A stretch of 64,000 nt of DNA from Bacillus subtilis subsp. subtilis str. 168. Lineage in GTDB: Bacteria; Bacillota; Bacilli; Bacillales; Bacillaceae. The notes under the pieces are model-generated. The model worked only from the letters and a program-made list of their open reading frames with translations. It did not search any database and was not told the DNA's origin. Location of the stretch: NCBI RefSeq assembly GCF_000009045.1, contig NC_000964.3:3906001-3970000 (forward strand), in the 5' to 3' direction. A program made the position numbers and the translations under genes. Shown piece after piece: positions 32,307 through 42,411 of the stretch. Every line of letters begins with the position of its first letter. The stretch's first letter is position 1.

Positions 32307-33641
32307 TCACATCACATTTTTATCCCCAGATTCAACCGCACTCTCTTCCCGCCATTTTTGATGATCCCATATTCTGAAAAACGGATAGTAGATAGCACAG
32401 GTGATCAGCAGATTTACCAGCTGCATAACTGCGCCCGACACCTTTCCGCCTGTCGCCAGGTAACCTGATATGAGCGGCGGCATCGTCCATGGCACCGCGA
32501 TTCCGGCCGGTCTTGCCACCAGCCCGGTGCTCATGCCGATATAAGTCGCGGTAATCGTGAGGAGCGGTGCGATGATAAATGGGACAATAAGGAGGGGATT
32601 CATGACAATCGGCATGCCGAAAATGATCGGCTCGTTGATATTAAATAGCGCAGGGCCGATTCCTAATCGTCCAAGCTGCTTCATTTGTTTGCTGCGGGAG
32701 CGCACAAGCATCGTCAGGACAAGCGCCAGCGTCGCCCCGCTTCCGCCGACATTGATCCAAATTTGAAAAAACTGAGTCGTAAAAATACTCGGCAGCGCCT
32801 CGCCTGCTTGGAAGGCGAGACGGTTGGCATCCATCGCGCCGTACCAAATCGGCGCCATGATTCCGCCAATGATGGAAGCCCCGTGAATCCCGCACGACCA
32901 AAGCAGCATCTGCACAAATTCAGCGATCAGGCTTCCGCCGAGACTGCCGCCAAGGATGGAAAGCGGTGTGCCAAGCAGGTCTCCTACGACATTGTGCAGA
33001 CTCTGAAAAGGTGTCATTTCAATCAGAAGACGCGCCAGCCATACGAGAAGCACAATGATAAAGCCGGGAATCAGCGCGACAAATGATTTGCTTACCGCAG
33101 GCGGCACACCGTCTGGCATTTTGAAGACGATATTTTTTTGAATAATGTACCGATAGATTTCGGTTGAAAACAAGGCGATCAGCATGGCGACAAATAAGCC
33201 CTTGCTGCCGAGCAGCGTGATCGGGATTCCGCCCCCTACCATGATGGACTCCGTTGAGCCATGCGGTGTAAACGGCACCTCAAACGGTGTTGCCAGCAGA
33301 AATGCGGCAATTGAAATCGCTCCGGCAGAAAGGGCATCGACACCATAGCTTTCTGCCAGCCGATAGGCGATCCCAAAAGCGGCAATCATCGCCATAATAT
33401 CAAACGAAGCGTTAACAGGATATCCGAGCTTATCGGCCCACTCGTTCCCAAACACACTCGCCATGAAATCAGCATACCCCGGAATCGGCAAGCTCGTTAA
33501 AATCAAGAAGACAGACCCGATAATAATCAGCGGCATGGTCAGGATAATTCCGTCACGCAAAGCGCTGAGATGCCGCTGCCCGGCAATTTTCCCGGCGACA
33601 GGCATTATTTTTTCCTCCATCACCCGAGTGAATGTGCTCAT
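32307..33641 (-). CDS. ywbA: PTS cellobiose-family EIIC component, LicC paralog
   Basis: GGSGATL, FNINEPIIFGMPIV and PWTMPP motifs; strong similarity to licC in this window. Confidence 0.93.
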   Translation of the reverse strand: MSTFTRVMEEKIMPVAGKIAGQRHLSALRDGIILTMPLIIIGSVFLILTSLPIPGYADFMASVFGNEWADKLGYPVNASFDIMAMIAAFGIAYRLAESYGVDALSAGAISIAAFLLATPFEVPFTPHGSTESIMVGGGIPITLLGSKGLFVAMLIALFSTEIYRYIIQKNIVFKMPDGVPPAVSKSFVALIPGFIIVLLVWLARLLIEMTPFQSLHNVVGDLLGTPLSILGGSLGGSLIAEFVQMLLWSCGIHGASIIGGIMAPIWYGAMDANRLAFQAGEALPSIFTTQFFQIWINVGGSGATLALVLTMLVRSRSKQMKQLGRLGIGPALFNINEPIIFGMPIVMNPLLIVPFIIAPLLTITATYIGMSTGLVARPAGIAVPWTMPPLISGYLATGGKVSGAVMQLVNLLITCAIYYPFFRIWDHQKWREESAVESGDKNVM

Positions 33642-33705
33642 CTTAAAAACCCCCTTTTCTCATTGCTTTGTGAACAACCTCCGCAATGTTTTCTTTATCT
33701 TATTT

Positions 33706-33719
33706 TGAAAACGCTTACA
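33706..33719. promoter_or_regulatory. cre (CcpA site) upstream of ywbA
   Basis: TGAAAACGCTTACA, a full match to TGWAANCGNTNWCA. Confidence 0.8.
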
Positions 33720-33808
33720 AATTCATTTGGAAAATTTCCTCTTCATGCGGAAAAAATCTGCATTTTGCTAAACAACCCTGCCCATGAAAAATTTTTTCCT
33801 TCTTACTA

Positions 33809-33834
33809 TTAATCTCTCTTTTTTTCTCCGATAT
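33809..33834 (+). promoter_or_regulatory. SigD-like promoter of epr
   Basis: TTAA...TCCGATAT (consensus TAAA-N15-GCCGATAT). Confidence 0.6.
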
Positions 33835-33868
33835 ATATATCAAACATCATAGAAAAAGGAGATGAATC

Positions 33869-35806
33869 ATGAAAAACATGTCTTGCAAACTTGTTGTATC
33901 AGTCACTCTGTTTTTCAGTTTTCTCACCATAGGCCCTCTCGCTCATGCGCAAAACAGCAGCGAGAAAGAGGTTATTGTGGTTTATAAAAACAAGGCCGGA
34001 AAGGAAACCATCCTGGACAGTGATGCTGATGTTGAACAGCAGTATAAGCATCTTCCCGCGGTAGCGGTCACAGCAGACCAGGAGACAGTAAAAGAATTAA
34101 AGCAGGATCCTGATATTTTGTATGTAGAAAACAACGTATCATTTACCGCAGCAGACAGCACGGATTTCAAAGTGCTGTCAGACGGCACTGACACCTCTGA
34201 CAACTTTGAGCAATGGAACCTTGAGCCCATTCAGGTGAAACAGGCTTGGAAGGCAGGACTGACAGGAAAAAATATCAAAATTGCCGTCATTGACAGCGGG
34301 ATCTCCCCCCACGATGACCTGTCGATTGCCGGCGGGTATTCAGCTGTCAGTTATACCTCTTCTTACAAAGATGATAACGGCCACGGAACACATGTCGCAG
34401 GGATTATCGGAGCCAAGCATAACGGCTACGGAATTGACGGCATCGCACCGGAAGCACAAATATACGCGGTTAAAGCGCTTGATCAGAACGGCTCGGGGGA
34501 TCTTCAAAGTCTTCTCCAAGGAATTGACTGGTCGATCGCAAACAGGATGGACATCGTCAATATGAGCCTTGGCACGACGTCAGACAGCAAAATCCTTCAT
34601 GACGCCGTGAACAAAGCATATGAACAAGGTGTTCTGCTTGTTGCCGCAAGCGGTAACGACGGAAACGGCAAGCCAGTGAATTATCCGGCGGCATACAGCA
34701 GTGTCGTTGCGGTTTCAGCAACAAACGAAAAGAATCAGCTTGCCTCCTTTTCAACAACTGGAGATGAAGTTGAATTTTCAGCACCGGGGACAAACATCAC
34801 AAGCACTTACTTAAACCAGTATTATGCAACGGGAAGCGGAACATCCCAAGCGACACCGCACGCCGCTGCCATGTTTGCCTTGTTAAAACAGCGTGATCCT
34901 GCCGAGACAAACGTCCAGCTTCGCGAGGAAATGCGGAAAAACATCGTTGATCTTGGTACCGCAGGCCGCGATCAGCAATTTGGCTACGGCTTAATCCAGT
35001 ATAAAGCACAGGCAACAGATTCAGCGTACGCGGCAGCAGAGCAAGCGGTGAAAAAAGCGGAACAAACAAAAGCACAAATCGATATCAACAAAGCGCGAGA
35101 ACTCATCAGCCAGCTGCCGAACTCCGACGCCAAAACTGCCCTGCACAAAAGACTGGATAAAGTACAGTCATACAGAAATGTAAAAGATGCGAAAGACAAA
35201 GTCGCAAAGGCAGAAAAATATAAAACACAGCAAACCGTTGACACAGCACAAACTGCCATCAACAAGCTGCCAAACGGAACAGACAAAAAGAACCTTCAAA
35301 AACGCTTAGACCAAGTAAAACGATACATCGCGTCAAAGCAAGCGAAAGACAAAGTTGCGAAAGCGGAAAAAAGCAAAAAGAAAACAGATGTGGACAGCGC
35401 ACAATCAGCAATTGGCAAGCTGCCTGCAAGTTCAGAAAAAACGTCCCTGCAGAAACGCCTTAACAAAGTGAAGAGCACCAATTTGAAGACGGCACAGCAA
35501 TCCGTATCTGCGGCTGAAAAGAAATCAACTGATGCAAATGCGGCAAAAGCACAATCAGCCGTCAATCAGCTTCAAGCAGGCAAGGACAAAACGGCATTGC
35601 AAAAACGGTTAGACAAAGTGAAGAAAAAGGTGGCGGCGGCTGAAGCAAAAAAAGTGGAAACTGCAAAGGCAAAAGTGAAGAAAGCGGAAAAAGACAAAAC
35701 AAAGAAATCAAAGACATCCGCTCAGTCTGCAGTGAATCAATTAAAAGCATCCAATGAAAAAACAAAGCTGCAAAAACGGCTGAACGCCGTCAAACCGAAA
35801 AAGTAA
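33869..35806 (+). CDS. epr: Minor extracellular S8 protease with Lys/Ala-rich C-terminal repeats
   Basis: IDSG, HGTHVAG and GTSQATPH motifs; five repeats ending in LxKRL. Confidence 0.97.
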   Translation: MKNMSCKLVVSVTLFFSFLTIGPLAHAQNSSEKEVIVVYKNKAGKETILDSDADVEQQYKHLPAVAVTADQETVKELKQDPDILYVENNVSFTAADSTDFKVLSDGTDTSDNFEQWNLEPIQVKQAWKAGLTGKNIKIAVIDSGISPHDDLSIAGGYSAVSYTSSYKDDNGHGTHVAGIIGAKHNGYGIDGIAPEAQIYAVKALDQNGSGDLQSLLQGIDWSIANRMDIVNMSLGTTSDSKILHDAVNKAYEQGVLLVAASGNDGNGKPVNYPAAYSSVVAVSATNEKNQLASFSTTGDEVEFSAPGTNITSTYLNQYYATGSGTSQATPHAAAMFALLKQRDPAETNVQLREEMRKNIVDLGTAGRDQQFGYGLIQYKAQATDSAYAAAEQAVKKAEQTKAQIDINKARELISQLPNSDAKTALHKRLDKVQSYRNVKDAKDKVAKAEKYKTQQTVDTAQTAINKLPNGTDKKNLQKRLDQVKRYIASKQAKDKVAKAEKSKKKTDVDSAQSAIGKLPASSEKTSLQKRLNKVKSTNLKTAQQSVSAAEKKSTDANAAKAQSAVNQLQAGKDKTALQKRLDKVKKKVAAAEAKKVETAKAKVKKAEKDKTKKSKTSAQSAVNQLKASNEKTKLQKRLNAVKPKK

Positions 35807-35808
35807 CC

Positions 35809-35851
35809 AAAAACCTTTAAGATTTGCATTCCAAGTCTTAAAGGTTTTTTT
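35809..35851 (+). terminator. Terminator after epr
   Basis: AAAAACCTTTAAGA/TCTTAAAGGTTTTT stem with T-run. Confidence 0.85.
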
Positions 35852-35971
35852 CATTCTAAGAACACCACACACAACCTTTTTCCCATCCATTGTACAGGCT
35901 TTTCATACTATTGCTATACAGCCATGAACAGCATAAAATGAACGTTATTACAGTTATCACCACATATGGCG

Positions 35972-36000
35972 GGATTGTGACTGGGCAGGCAGGCAAGACC
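35972..36000 (+). promoter_or_regulatory. RAT (ribonucleic antiterminator) in the sacX leader
   Basis: GGATTGTGACTGGGCAGGCAGGCAAGACC matches the SacT/SacY RAT consensus. Confidence 0.85.
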
Positions 36001-36022
36001 CAATGATGCAAAGGGAGTATTA

Positions 36023-36073
36023 ATGCCTAAAAAACAGGGCATTTTAACTCTTCTTTTCGTGTTGGGCTCATAA
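36023..36073 (+). CDS. Putative 16-aa leader peptide MPKKQGILTLLFVLGS
   Basis: AAGGGAG RBS 5 nt upstream of ATG; lies between the RAT and a terminator-like hairpin. Confidence 0.4.
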   Translation: MPKKQGILTLLFVLGS

Positions 36074-36100
36074 CGGCGCCTTGGACAACCCCCTATTCTC

Positions 36101-36129
36101 ATGCTCCGTCGTCGACGCGGGCATTTTTG
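36101..36129 (+). terminator. Leader terminator-like hairpin upstream of sacX
   Basis: ATGCTCCGTC-GTC-GACGCGGGCAT followed by TTTT; one bulge. Confidence 0.65.
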
Positions 36130-36233
36130 TCATTTTCAGCCGGTATTTCTCACTTTTTTCATTTTGATTGTCAACTTTTCATTTGATACGATGAACAAGC
36201 CGACTTTTCTTCAGCAAAGGAGGTTTTAATTGC

Positions 36234-37613
36234 TTGCATAAAGAGATTGCAAAAGAATTACTGCTGCTCGCAGGAGGAAAAAACAATATTATCAGCATCA
36301 GCCATTGTACGACCCGTCTTCGTTTTGATGTAAAGGACGAGACGAAAATTGATATACATGCCATTGAGAACCTGCAAGGTGTGCAGGGCACCTTTTTCCG
36401 CTATGGGCTTTTCCAGATTATCTTCGGAGCAGGCGTCGTCAACAAAATATATAAAGAAGTCGTTCATGTATGGGAGACCGCGCCTTCTGAAGAGCCTGTC
36501 CACCAGAAAAAAGCCAGCCGGAAGCTGAACCCTGCCGCAGCTTTTGCGAAAACACTGTCCGATATTTTTGTGCCGATTATTCCGGCAATAACAGCAAGCG
36601 GCCTGCTCATGGGGCTGATCGGCATGATTAAGGTGTTTCATTGGTTCGCTGCCGGCAGCCCATGGATTAAAATGCTCGACCTCGTGTCCAGCACAGCCTT
36701 TATTTTACTGCCGATTTTAGTCGGCTTCAGTGCTGCACGGCAATTTGGCAGCAACCCATACCTAGGGGCAGTGATTGCAGGGCTTTTGACGCATCCTGAT
36801 CTGCTGGACCCGTCTATGCTCGGCAGCAAAACCCCGTCTTCTTTAGACATATGGGGGCTTCATATCCCAATGATGGGCTATCAGGGTTCCATGATACCGA
36901 TTCTTCTTTCCGTTTTTGTCATGAGCAAAATTGAGAAGCTATTAAAATCGATTGTGCCGAAGTCGCTTGATGTCGTGATCATTCCCTTTATTACGGTCAT
37001 GGTGACAGGGTGCCTCGCGCTGATTGTGATGAATCCCGCCGCGTCCATCATCGGCCAGATCATGACACAATCGATCGTCTATATTTATGATCACGCCGGC
37101 ATTGCTGCCGGAGCTCTTTTCGGCGGCATCTACTCCACCATCGTCCTATCTGGATTGCATCATAGCTTTTATGCAATTGAGGCAACGCTGCTTGCTAATC
37201 CGCATGTCGGTGTCAACTTTTTAGTGCCGATATGGTCGATGGCGAATGTGGCCCAAGGCGGAGCGGGGCTTGCGGTATTCCTCAAAACGAAACAATCAAG
37301 CCTGAAGAAAATTGCGCTCCCCGCTTCTCTGACCGCGTTTTTAGGCATTGTTGAGCCGATTGTATTCGGGGTAAATCTCAAATTGATCCGTCCCTTTATC
37401 GGAGCAGCCATCGGCGGTGCTATTGGCGGAGCATACGTGGTTGCGGTACAAGTTGTGGCAAATTCCTACGGACTGACAGGCATTCCGATGATTTCAATCG
37501 TGCTGCCGTTTGGCGCCGCTAATTTTGTTCATTATATGATCGGTTTCTTGATCGCAGCCGTCTCTGCTTTTATAGCTACATTGTTTCTCGGGTTTAAAGA
37601 AGAGACAGAATAA
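36234..37613 (+). CDS. sacX: PTS sucrose-family EIIBC, negative regulator of SacY
   Basis: HCTTRLRF EIIB motif; GLHHSF and GIVEPIVFGVN motifs; TTG start after AAAGGAGG. Confidence 0.95.
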   Translation: MHKEIAKELLLLAGGKNNIISISHCTTRLRFDVKDETKIDIHAIENLQGVQGTFFRYGLFQIIFGAGVVNKIYKEVVHVWETAPSEEPVHQKKASRKLNPAAAFAKTLSDIFVPIIPAITASGLLMGLIGMIKVFHWFAAGSPWIKMLDLVSSTAFILLPILVGFSAARQFGSNPYLGAVIAGLLTHPDLLDPSMLGSKTPSSLDIWGLHIPMMGYQGSMIPILLSVFVMSKIEKLLKSIVPKSLDVVIIPFITVMVTGCLALIVMNPAASIIGQIMTQSIVYIYDHAGIAAGALFGGIYSTIVLSGLHHSFYAIEATLLANPHVGVNFLVPIWSMANVAQGGAGLAVFLKTKQSSLKKIALPASLTAFLGIVEPIVFGVNLKLIRPFIGAAIGGAIGGAYVVAVQVVANSYGLTGIPMISIVLPFGAANFVHYMIGFLIAAVSAFIATLFLGFKEETE

Positions 37614-37666
37614 CTGGATTTATTCGATTTCATTCATAAAACGGGGGATGAAAGGACAAAAAAGCT

Positions 37667-38509
37667 ATGAAAATTAAAAGAATCTTAAATCATAATGCTA
37701 TCGTCGTAAAGGATCAAAATGAAGAGAAGATTCTCTTGGGTGCAGGAATTGCGTTTAACAAAAAGAAGAATGATATTGTCGATCCGTCAAAAATAGAAAA
37801 AACCTTTATCAGAAAAGATACACCTGACTATAAGCAGTTCGAAGAGATTTTAGAAACATTGCCTGAAGACCACATTCAGATTTCTGAGCAAATTATCTCT
37901 CATGCCGAAAAAGAGCTGAACATCAAAATCAACGAGCGCATTCATGTCGCTTTTTCAGACCATCTTTCTTTTGCAATTGAACGCCTGAGCAATGGGATGG
38001 TTATCAAAAATCCGCTGCTGAATGAAATCAAAGTCCTTTATCCAAAGGAGTTCCAGATCGGCTTATGGGCCAGAGCACTGATTAAAGATAAACTGGGGAT
38101 TCACATTCCTGATGATGAAATCGGCAATATCGCCATGCATATCCACACAGCAAGAAACAATGCCGGCGATATGACACAAACGCTTGATATTACAACAATG
38201 ATCCGTGATATTATCGAGATTATCGAAATTCAACTGTCTATTAATATCGTTGAAGATACCATCTCTTATGAAAGGCTCGTGACCCATCTCCGCTTTGCCA
38301 TTCAGCATATCAAAGCAGGCGAATCCATTTACGAGCTGGACGCAGAAATGATTGACATCATTAAAGAGAAGTTTAAGGATGCCTTCCTGTGTGCCCTAAG
38401 CATCGGCACCTTTGTGAAGAAGGAATACGGCTTTGAGTTTCCTGAAAAAGAATTGTGCTACATCGCCATGCATATTCAGCGGTTCTACCAACGGTCAGTC
38501 GCACGCTGA
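37667..38509 (+). CDS. sacY: BglG-family antiterminator
   Basis: [13 protein letters not shown] domain and two PRDs; paralog of sacT. Confidence 0.96.
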
Positions 38510-38516
38510 GACAAAC

Positions 38517-38552
38517 AAAAAACGCTTTTGATCATCTCAAAAGCGTTTTTTT
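38517..38552. terminator. Bidirectional terminator sacY/gspA
   Basis: AAAAAACGCTTTTGA-TCATC-TCAAAAGCGTTTTTT. Confidence 0.9.
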
Positions 38553-38559
38553 ATCTGAT

Positions 38560-39420
38560 TTATTGGTTGATCGCCGGATTCCCAATCGTATTCCACTTCG
38601 TATAGGACATGTAATGGAAATACTCATCGCGATACGGATGTTTTGTATTGGAGTTCCAAGGCTTTTCTCCGCCGCAGAAGTGCACGATTGCCGGGTTTTC
38701 TCTTGTTTCATTATATTGCTTCCGCCCTAACAGAGTCGATGGGGTTTTCAGCTTTAACATGATATAGGTTTGAGCGTTCCAGCGCGGATGAAGTTCATAC
38801 CACTGATCATACAAGATCGCATTCAGTGCATCTTGGTCATGCAGCACAAGAAAGTCTTCGTCTGGGTGTTCATTGATAAAGTTGATGACTTTTTCTGTGA
38901 TGTTTTGCTTTCTCCAAGACTCAAAATCAATAATCATGATACCTGAGTTAAAATACTTCCCTGTATCAGTGACGTTCATTTCTTTCAGGCGTTCATGCTG
39001 CCCCGCATCCTCAACAGCGGCTACGGTGTATGGCGCAATGTCTAAGTCCCATAGCTTAGAAATATCCTCTAGGACAAGCGCATCACAATCGATGTAAATC
39101 ATTCGTTTGATGCTTTCATCCTTAATTAAGTCGGGAATCGAAATGCGGTAATACGCGGCTTTTGTAATATGGCTGCTCTCAACCGCATGTTCATACATGT
39201 TGGTATCCACTTCTAAAAACTCAATCGGCACTCCGAATTTCAAAGTGGTTTCTTCCAGTCTTTTTTTGTTATCAGGCTTAATTCCGCCATCAATGACGTA
39301 TAATTTTACCTCTCTCTCCTGATCCATGTTAGTCAATAAAGAAACGAACATCCCACCTAAATGACGAGCATAATTATCATCTGCGCATGATACGATATGC
39401 ATGATTTCATCTTTCCTCAA
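38560..39420 (-). CDS. gspA: GT8-family glycosyltransferase, general stress protein
   Basis: YIDCD, YFNSG, HDQDALN and IVHFCGGEKPW motifs. Confidence 0.95.
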   Translation of the reverse strand: MRKDEIMHIVSCADDNYARHLGGMFVSLLTNMDQEREVKLYVIDGGIKPDNKKRLEETTLKFGVPIEFLEVDTNMYEHAVESSHITKAAYYRISIPDLIKDESIKRMIYIDCDALVLEDISKLWDLDIAPYTVAAVEDAGQHERLKEMNVTDTGKYFNSGIMIIDFESWRKQNITEKVINFINEHPDEDFLVLHDQDALNAILYDQWYELHPRWNAQTYIMLKLKTPSTLLGRKQYNETRENPAIVHFCGGEKPWNSNTKHPYRDEYFHYMSYTKWNTIGNPAINQ

Positions 39421-39454
39421 TGGTATTCATCTCCCTTTTTGTTGTACAAGTTAC

Positions 39455-39478
39455 ATACCCTTTTTCAAAAAAATAAAC
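39455..39478 (-). promoter_or_regulatory. SigB promoter of gspA
   Basis: Minus strand GTTTAT-N12-GGGTAT. Confidence 0.85.
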
Positions 39479-39529
39479 ACGTTCTCCGACATTTTTTTAA
39501 ACAGAATGTGTGATACAACAAAAAAGGTG

Positions 39530-40243
39530 TCATTTTTTGAAGATGCGATAAAGCCAATAAAGAATGAAAAAGCTTGCGATTGTGATGGCTTCAGCCGAGA
39601 CGATATACCACGGCCATGGCCCGAGAACATCTAAGAGAGAGGAACCGCCCGGTTTTTTCGTCAAATACATATAATTCGCGCCAAGCCAGCGATCAATCAG
39701 AAAAATACAGACGCCGTACACATTAACAAGCAGGACTGTCACCCATAACGAGCGCTGGCCCATTCTGTAGGTGCCAATCACAGCCATCAGCAGACAGGAT
39801 AAAAACACAGACCCGTGAGAAATAAAAAAGAGGATATATCGGATATGCGGAAATGAAAACATACCGAGGTCAGGAGTGGCAAGAGCCTGAATCGAACTGC
39901 CGATGCCGACAAAAAACAAAAACACAAACAGCTTTCTGCTTTTTGTCACTAACATAATAGCTGACAAATACACCGACAGGTCACTAAGCTGGAGAGGCAA
40001 TGAAGTGCGCACCGACCACCTGTCCGTGGCGACCATCCATATTTGATAGCCGATTTGCGAACCAAGCAAAAGAAACACAAACAGAGAACGCAAAAACCGG
40101 CTGGCCCTCGGCTGCTTGACCTCATCTTGGAACAAAAACAACAGAATGGCCAAAAGGGAGATAATCGCTAACGTCACTACATGCTCTGTCGAAAACAGAT
40201 GAAACGGATCATGCTTATAGTCGGATTGAACATATTTTTGCAA
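39530..40243 (-). CDS. ywaF: Integral membrane protein (YwaF/TMEM164-like family)
   Basis: Multi-TM; [14 protein letters not shown] and ANYMYL...PWPWY motifs. Confidence 0.8.
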
Positions 40244-40393
40244 AACTGCACCCCCGTTTTCGGGTTTTTGTTTATTTTGGCGTTGTTTGGGCTTTTTTTA
40301 TTCAACCGATATATGGGCTTGAAGTTCACACCAGACTCTGTTAAAATTCGTTTCATAGCTAATGATTCTGATAATTTAAGGCAGGCCTAAAAA

Positions 40394-40909
40394 ATGGAAC
40401 GTTCACATCAACATCAGCAGCTTCGGAAGGAAGAACACGATACACTTTCTAAGCTCAAACAAATGCCCGTCGAGTCACTCAACCTGGAAGCCATTTCGAT
40501 CGCTACGAATCTGTATCGGTCTGCACAAAGGCTCCGTGTCAAAATGGAGACTGAGGTTCTTTCTACCTATAACCTTTCTTGGACCGCTTTCTCCATTCTT
40601 TATGATCTATGGGTATGGGGAGCGCTCGAAACGAGAAAAATCGCTGAGCTGTCAGGGATATCTACAGCTACAGCAAGCAACGTGATCAAAACGCTCGAAA
40701 AAAAGAGTTTTTGCCGTAAAAGCATCGACACAAGAGATCGGCGACTCGTGTTTGTCTCAATCACCGATTCCGGCAAACAAGCGATCGAAGAACTCTACCC
40801 GGAGTTTCACAAAGGGGAAACAGAGCTCATTGCGGGAATGACGAAGGACGAACAGAAAATATTGACAGGGCTGCTTAGAAAGGTAGCTGACAATCTTCAT
40901 ACAACATAA
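40394..40909 (+). CDS. ywaE: MarR-family regulator of tyrZ (DtrR)
   Basis: Winged HTH IAELSGISTATASNVIKTLEKK...DRR. Confidence 0.9.
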   Translation: MERSHQHQQLRKEEHDTLSKLKQMPVESLNLEAISIATNLYRSAQRLRVKMETEVLSTYNLSWTAFSILYDLWVWGALETRKIAELSGISTATASNVIKTLEKKSFCRKSIDTRDRRLVFVSITDSGKQAIEELYPEFHKGETELIAGMTKDEQKILTGLLRKVADNLHTT

Positions 40910-41134
40910 GCTTTGACGGGAATCCAGTAGCGGTTTGTCTCCCTGTTTCAGAGAGCCGGCGGTAGGTGCGAGCCGGCGCACAGGCAAACGTGAATTACCT
41001 CCCCAAGCTTTCTTTGTGAACCTTAGTAGCAAAGAACGGGAAACCGTTATTCGAATGAGCGGAAGACAATGTCTTCAACCAGGGTGGTACCGCGTGCATT
41101 GAGCCACGTCCCTTATTGGGATGGGCTCTTTTTT
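40910..41134 (+). ncRNA. Tyrosine T-box riboswitch
   Basis: AGTAG, AGAGA and GGTGCGA stem I motifs; specifier TAC at 40996-40998; T-box AACCAGGGTGGTACCGCG at 41077-41094; terminator at 41101-41134. Confidence 0.93.
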
Positions 41135-41157
41135 GTGTTTGTAAAAAAGGAGGAAAA

Positions 41158-42399
41158 ATGATGAGAACATTTGAGCAGCTCACAGCGTCACAACAAAAAG
41201 AGGTAGAAAGACAGCTTCAGCTATACATGACAGGCGCCCACGAAGTCATACCGCCGGAGGAATTAAAGGCAAAGCTCGTGAAATCAATTTCCACGGGCAC
41301 GCCGCTTAAAATTAAGCTCGGATTAGATCCGTCTGCACCGGATGTACATTTGGGCCATACGGTTGTGTTAAATAAGCTTCGCCAATTTCAAGAAAACGGC
41401 CACATTGTCCAGCTGTTAATTGGGGATTTCACAGGAAAAATTGGTGATCCGACCGGAAAATCGGCAGCCAGAAAGCAACTGACTGATGAAGAAGTTCAGC
41501 ACAATGCCAAAACCTACTTTGAGCAATTCGGAAAAGTGCTTGATCCAGAAAAAGTCGAGCTTCACTATAACTCAAAATGGCTGAAAACATTGAATCTAGA
41601 AGATGTCATTGAATTAGCAGGGAAAATAACGGTAGCCCGCCTGATGGAGCGCGACGACTTTGAAGAACGCATCGCCATGCAAAAACCAATCTCACTGCAT
41701 GAATTCTTTTACCCATTGATGCAGGGCTATGATTCTGTCGTTCTCGAAAGTGATATTGAATTAGGCGGAACGGATCAGCATTTCAATGTCCTCATGGGAC
41801 GGCATTTCCAAGAACGATACAACAAAGAAAAACAAGTCGTCATCCTTATGCCGCTCTTGGAAGGCTTGGATGGCGTCGAGAAAATGTCGAAGTCGAAACA
41901 CAACTACATTGGCATTAACGAACATCCAAACGACATGTACGGAAAAACGATGTCACTGCCCGACAGCCTGATGAAAAAGTACATCCACTTGGCGACAGAC
42001 TTAGAGCTTGAAGAGAAAAAACAGCTCGTAAAAGACTTAGAAACCGGCGCCGTTCATCCGCGTGATGCCAAAATGCTTTTAGCCAGAACAATCGTCCGAA
42101 TGTATCACGGAGAGAAAGCAGCAGAAGCTGCCGAACACTCGTTTAAAACAGTCTTTCAGGAAAACAGCCTGCCGGAAGATATACCGGCCGTAAACTGGAA
42201 AGGCGAAAAAACGATAGCGATGATTGATCTGCTCGTCAAGCTAAAGCTCCTCTCTTCGAAGAGCGAGGCGCGCCGCATGATTCAAAACGGAGGTGTACGC
42301 ATCGACGGAGAGAAAGTAACAGATGTTCACGCCAAAGCAGAGATAAGAGAGAATATGATCATCCAAGTCGGCAAACGCAAGTTTTTAAAGCTCCAATAA
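41158..42399 (+). CDS. tyrZ: Tyrosyl-tRNA synthetase 2
   Basis: HLGH (HIGH) and KMSKS motifs; C-terminal S4 domain; start ATG 41158 or 41161 after AGGAGG. Confidence 0.96.
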   Translation: MMRTFEQLTASQQKEVERQLQLYMTGAHEVIPPEELKAKLVKSISTGTPLKIKLGLDPSAPDVHLGHTVVLNKLRQFQENGHIVQLLIGDFTGKIGDPTGKSAARKQLTDEEVQHNAKTYFEQFGKVLDPEKVELHYNSKWLKTLNLEDVIELAGKITVARLMERDDFEERIAMQKPISLHEFFYPLMQGYDSVVLESDIELGGTDQHFNVLMGRHFQERYNKEKQVVILMPLLEGLDGVEKMSKSKHNYIGINEHPNDMYGKTMSLPDSLMKKYIHLATDLELEEKKQLVKDLETGAVHPRDAKMLLARTIVRMYHGEKAAEAAEHSFKTVFQENSLPEDIPAVNWKGEKTIAMIDLLVKLKLLSSKSEARRMIQNGGVRIDGEKVTDVHAKAEIRENMIIQVGKRKFLKLQ

Positions 42400-42411
42400 T
42401 CTGATATTCCG

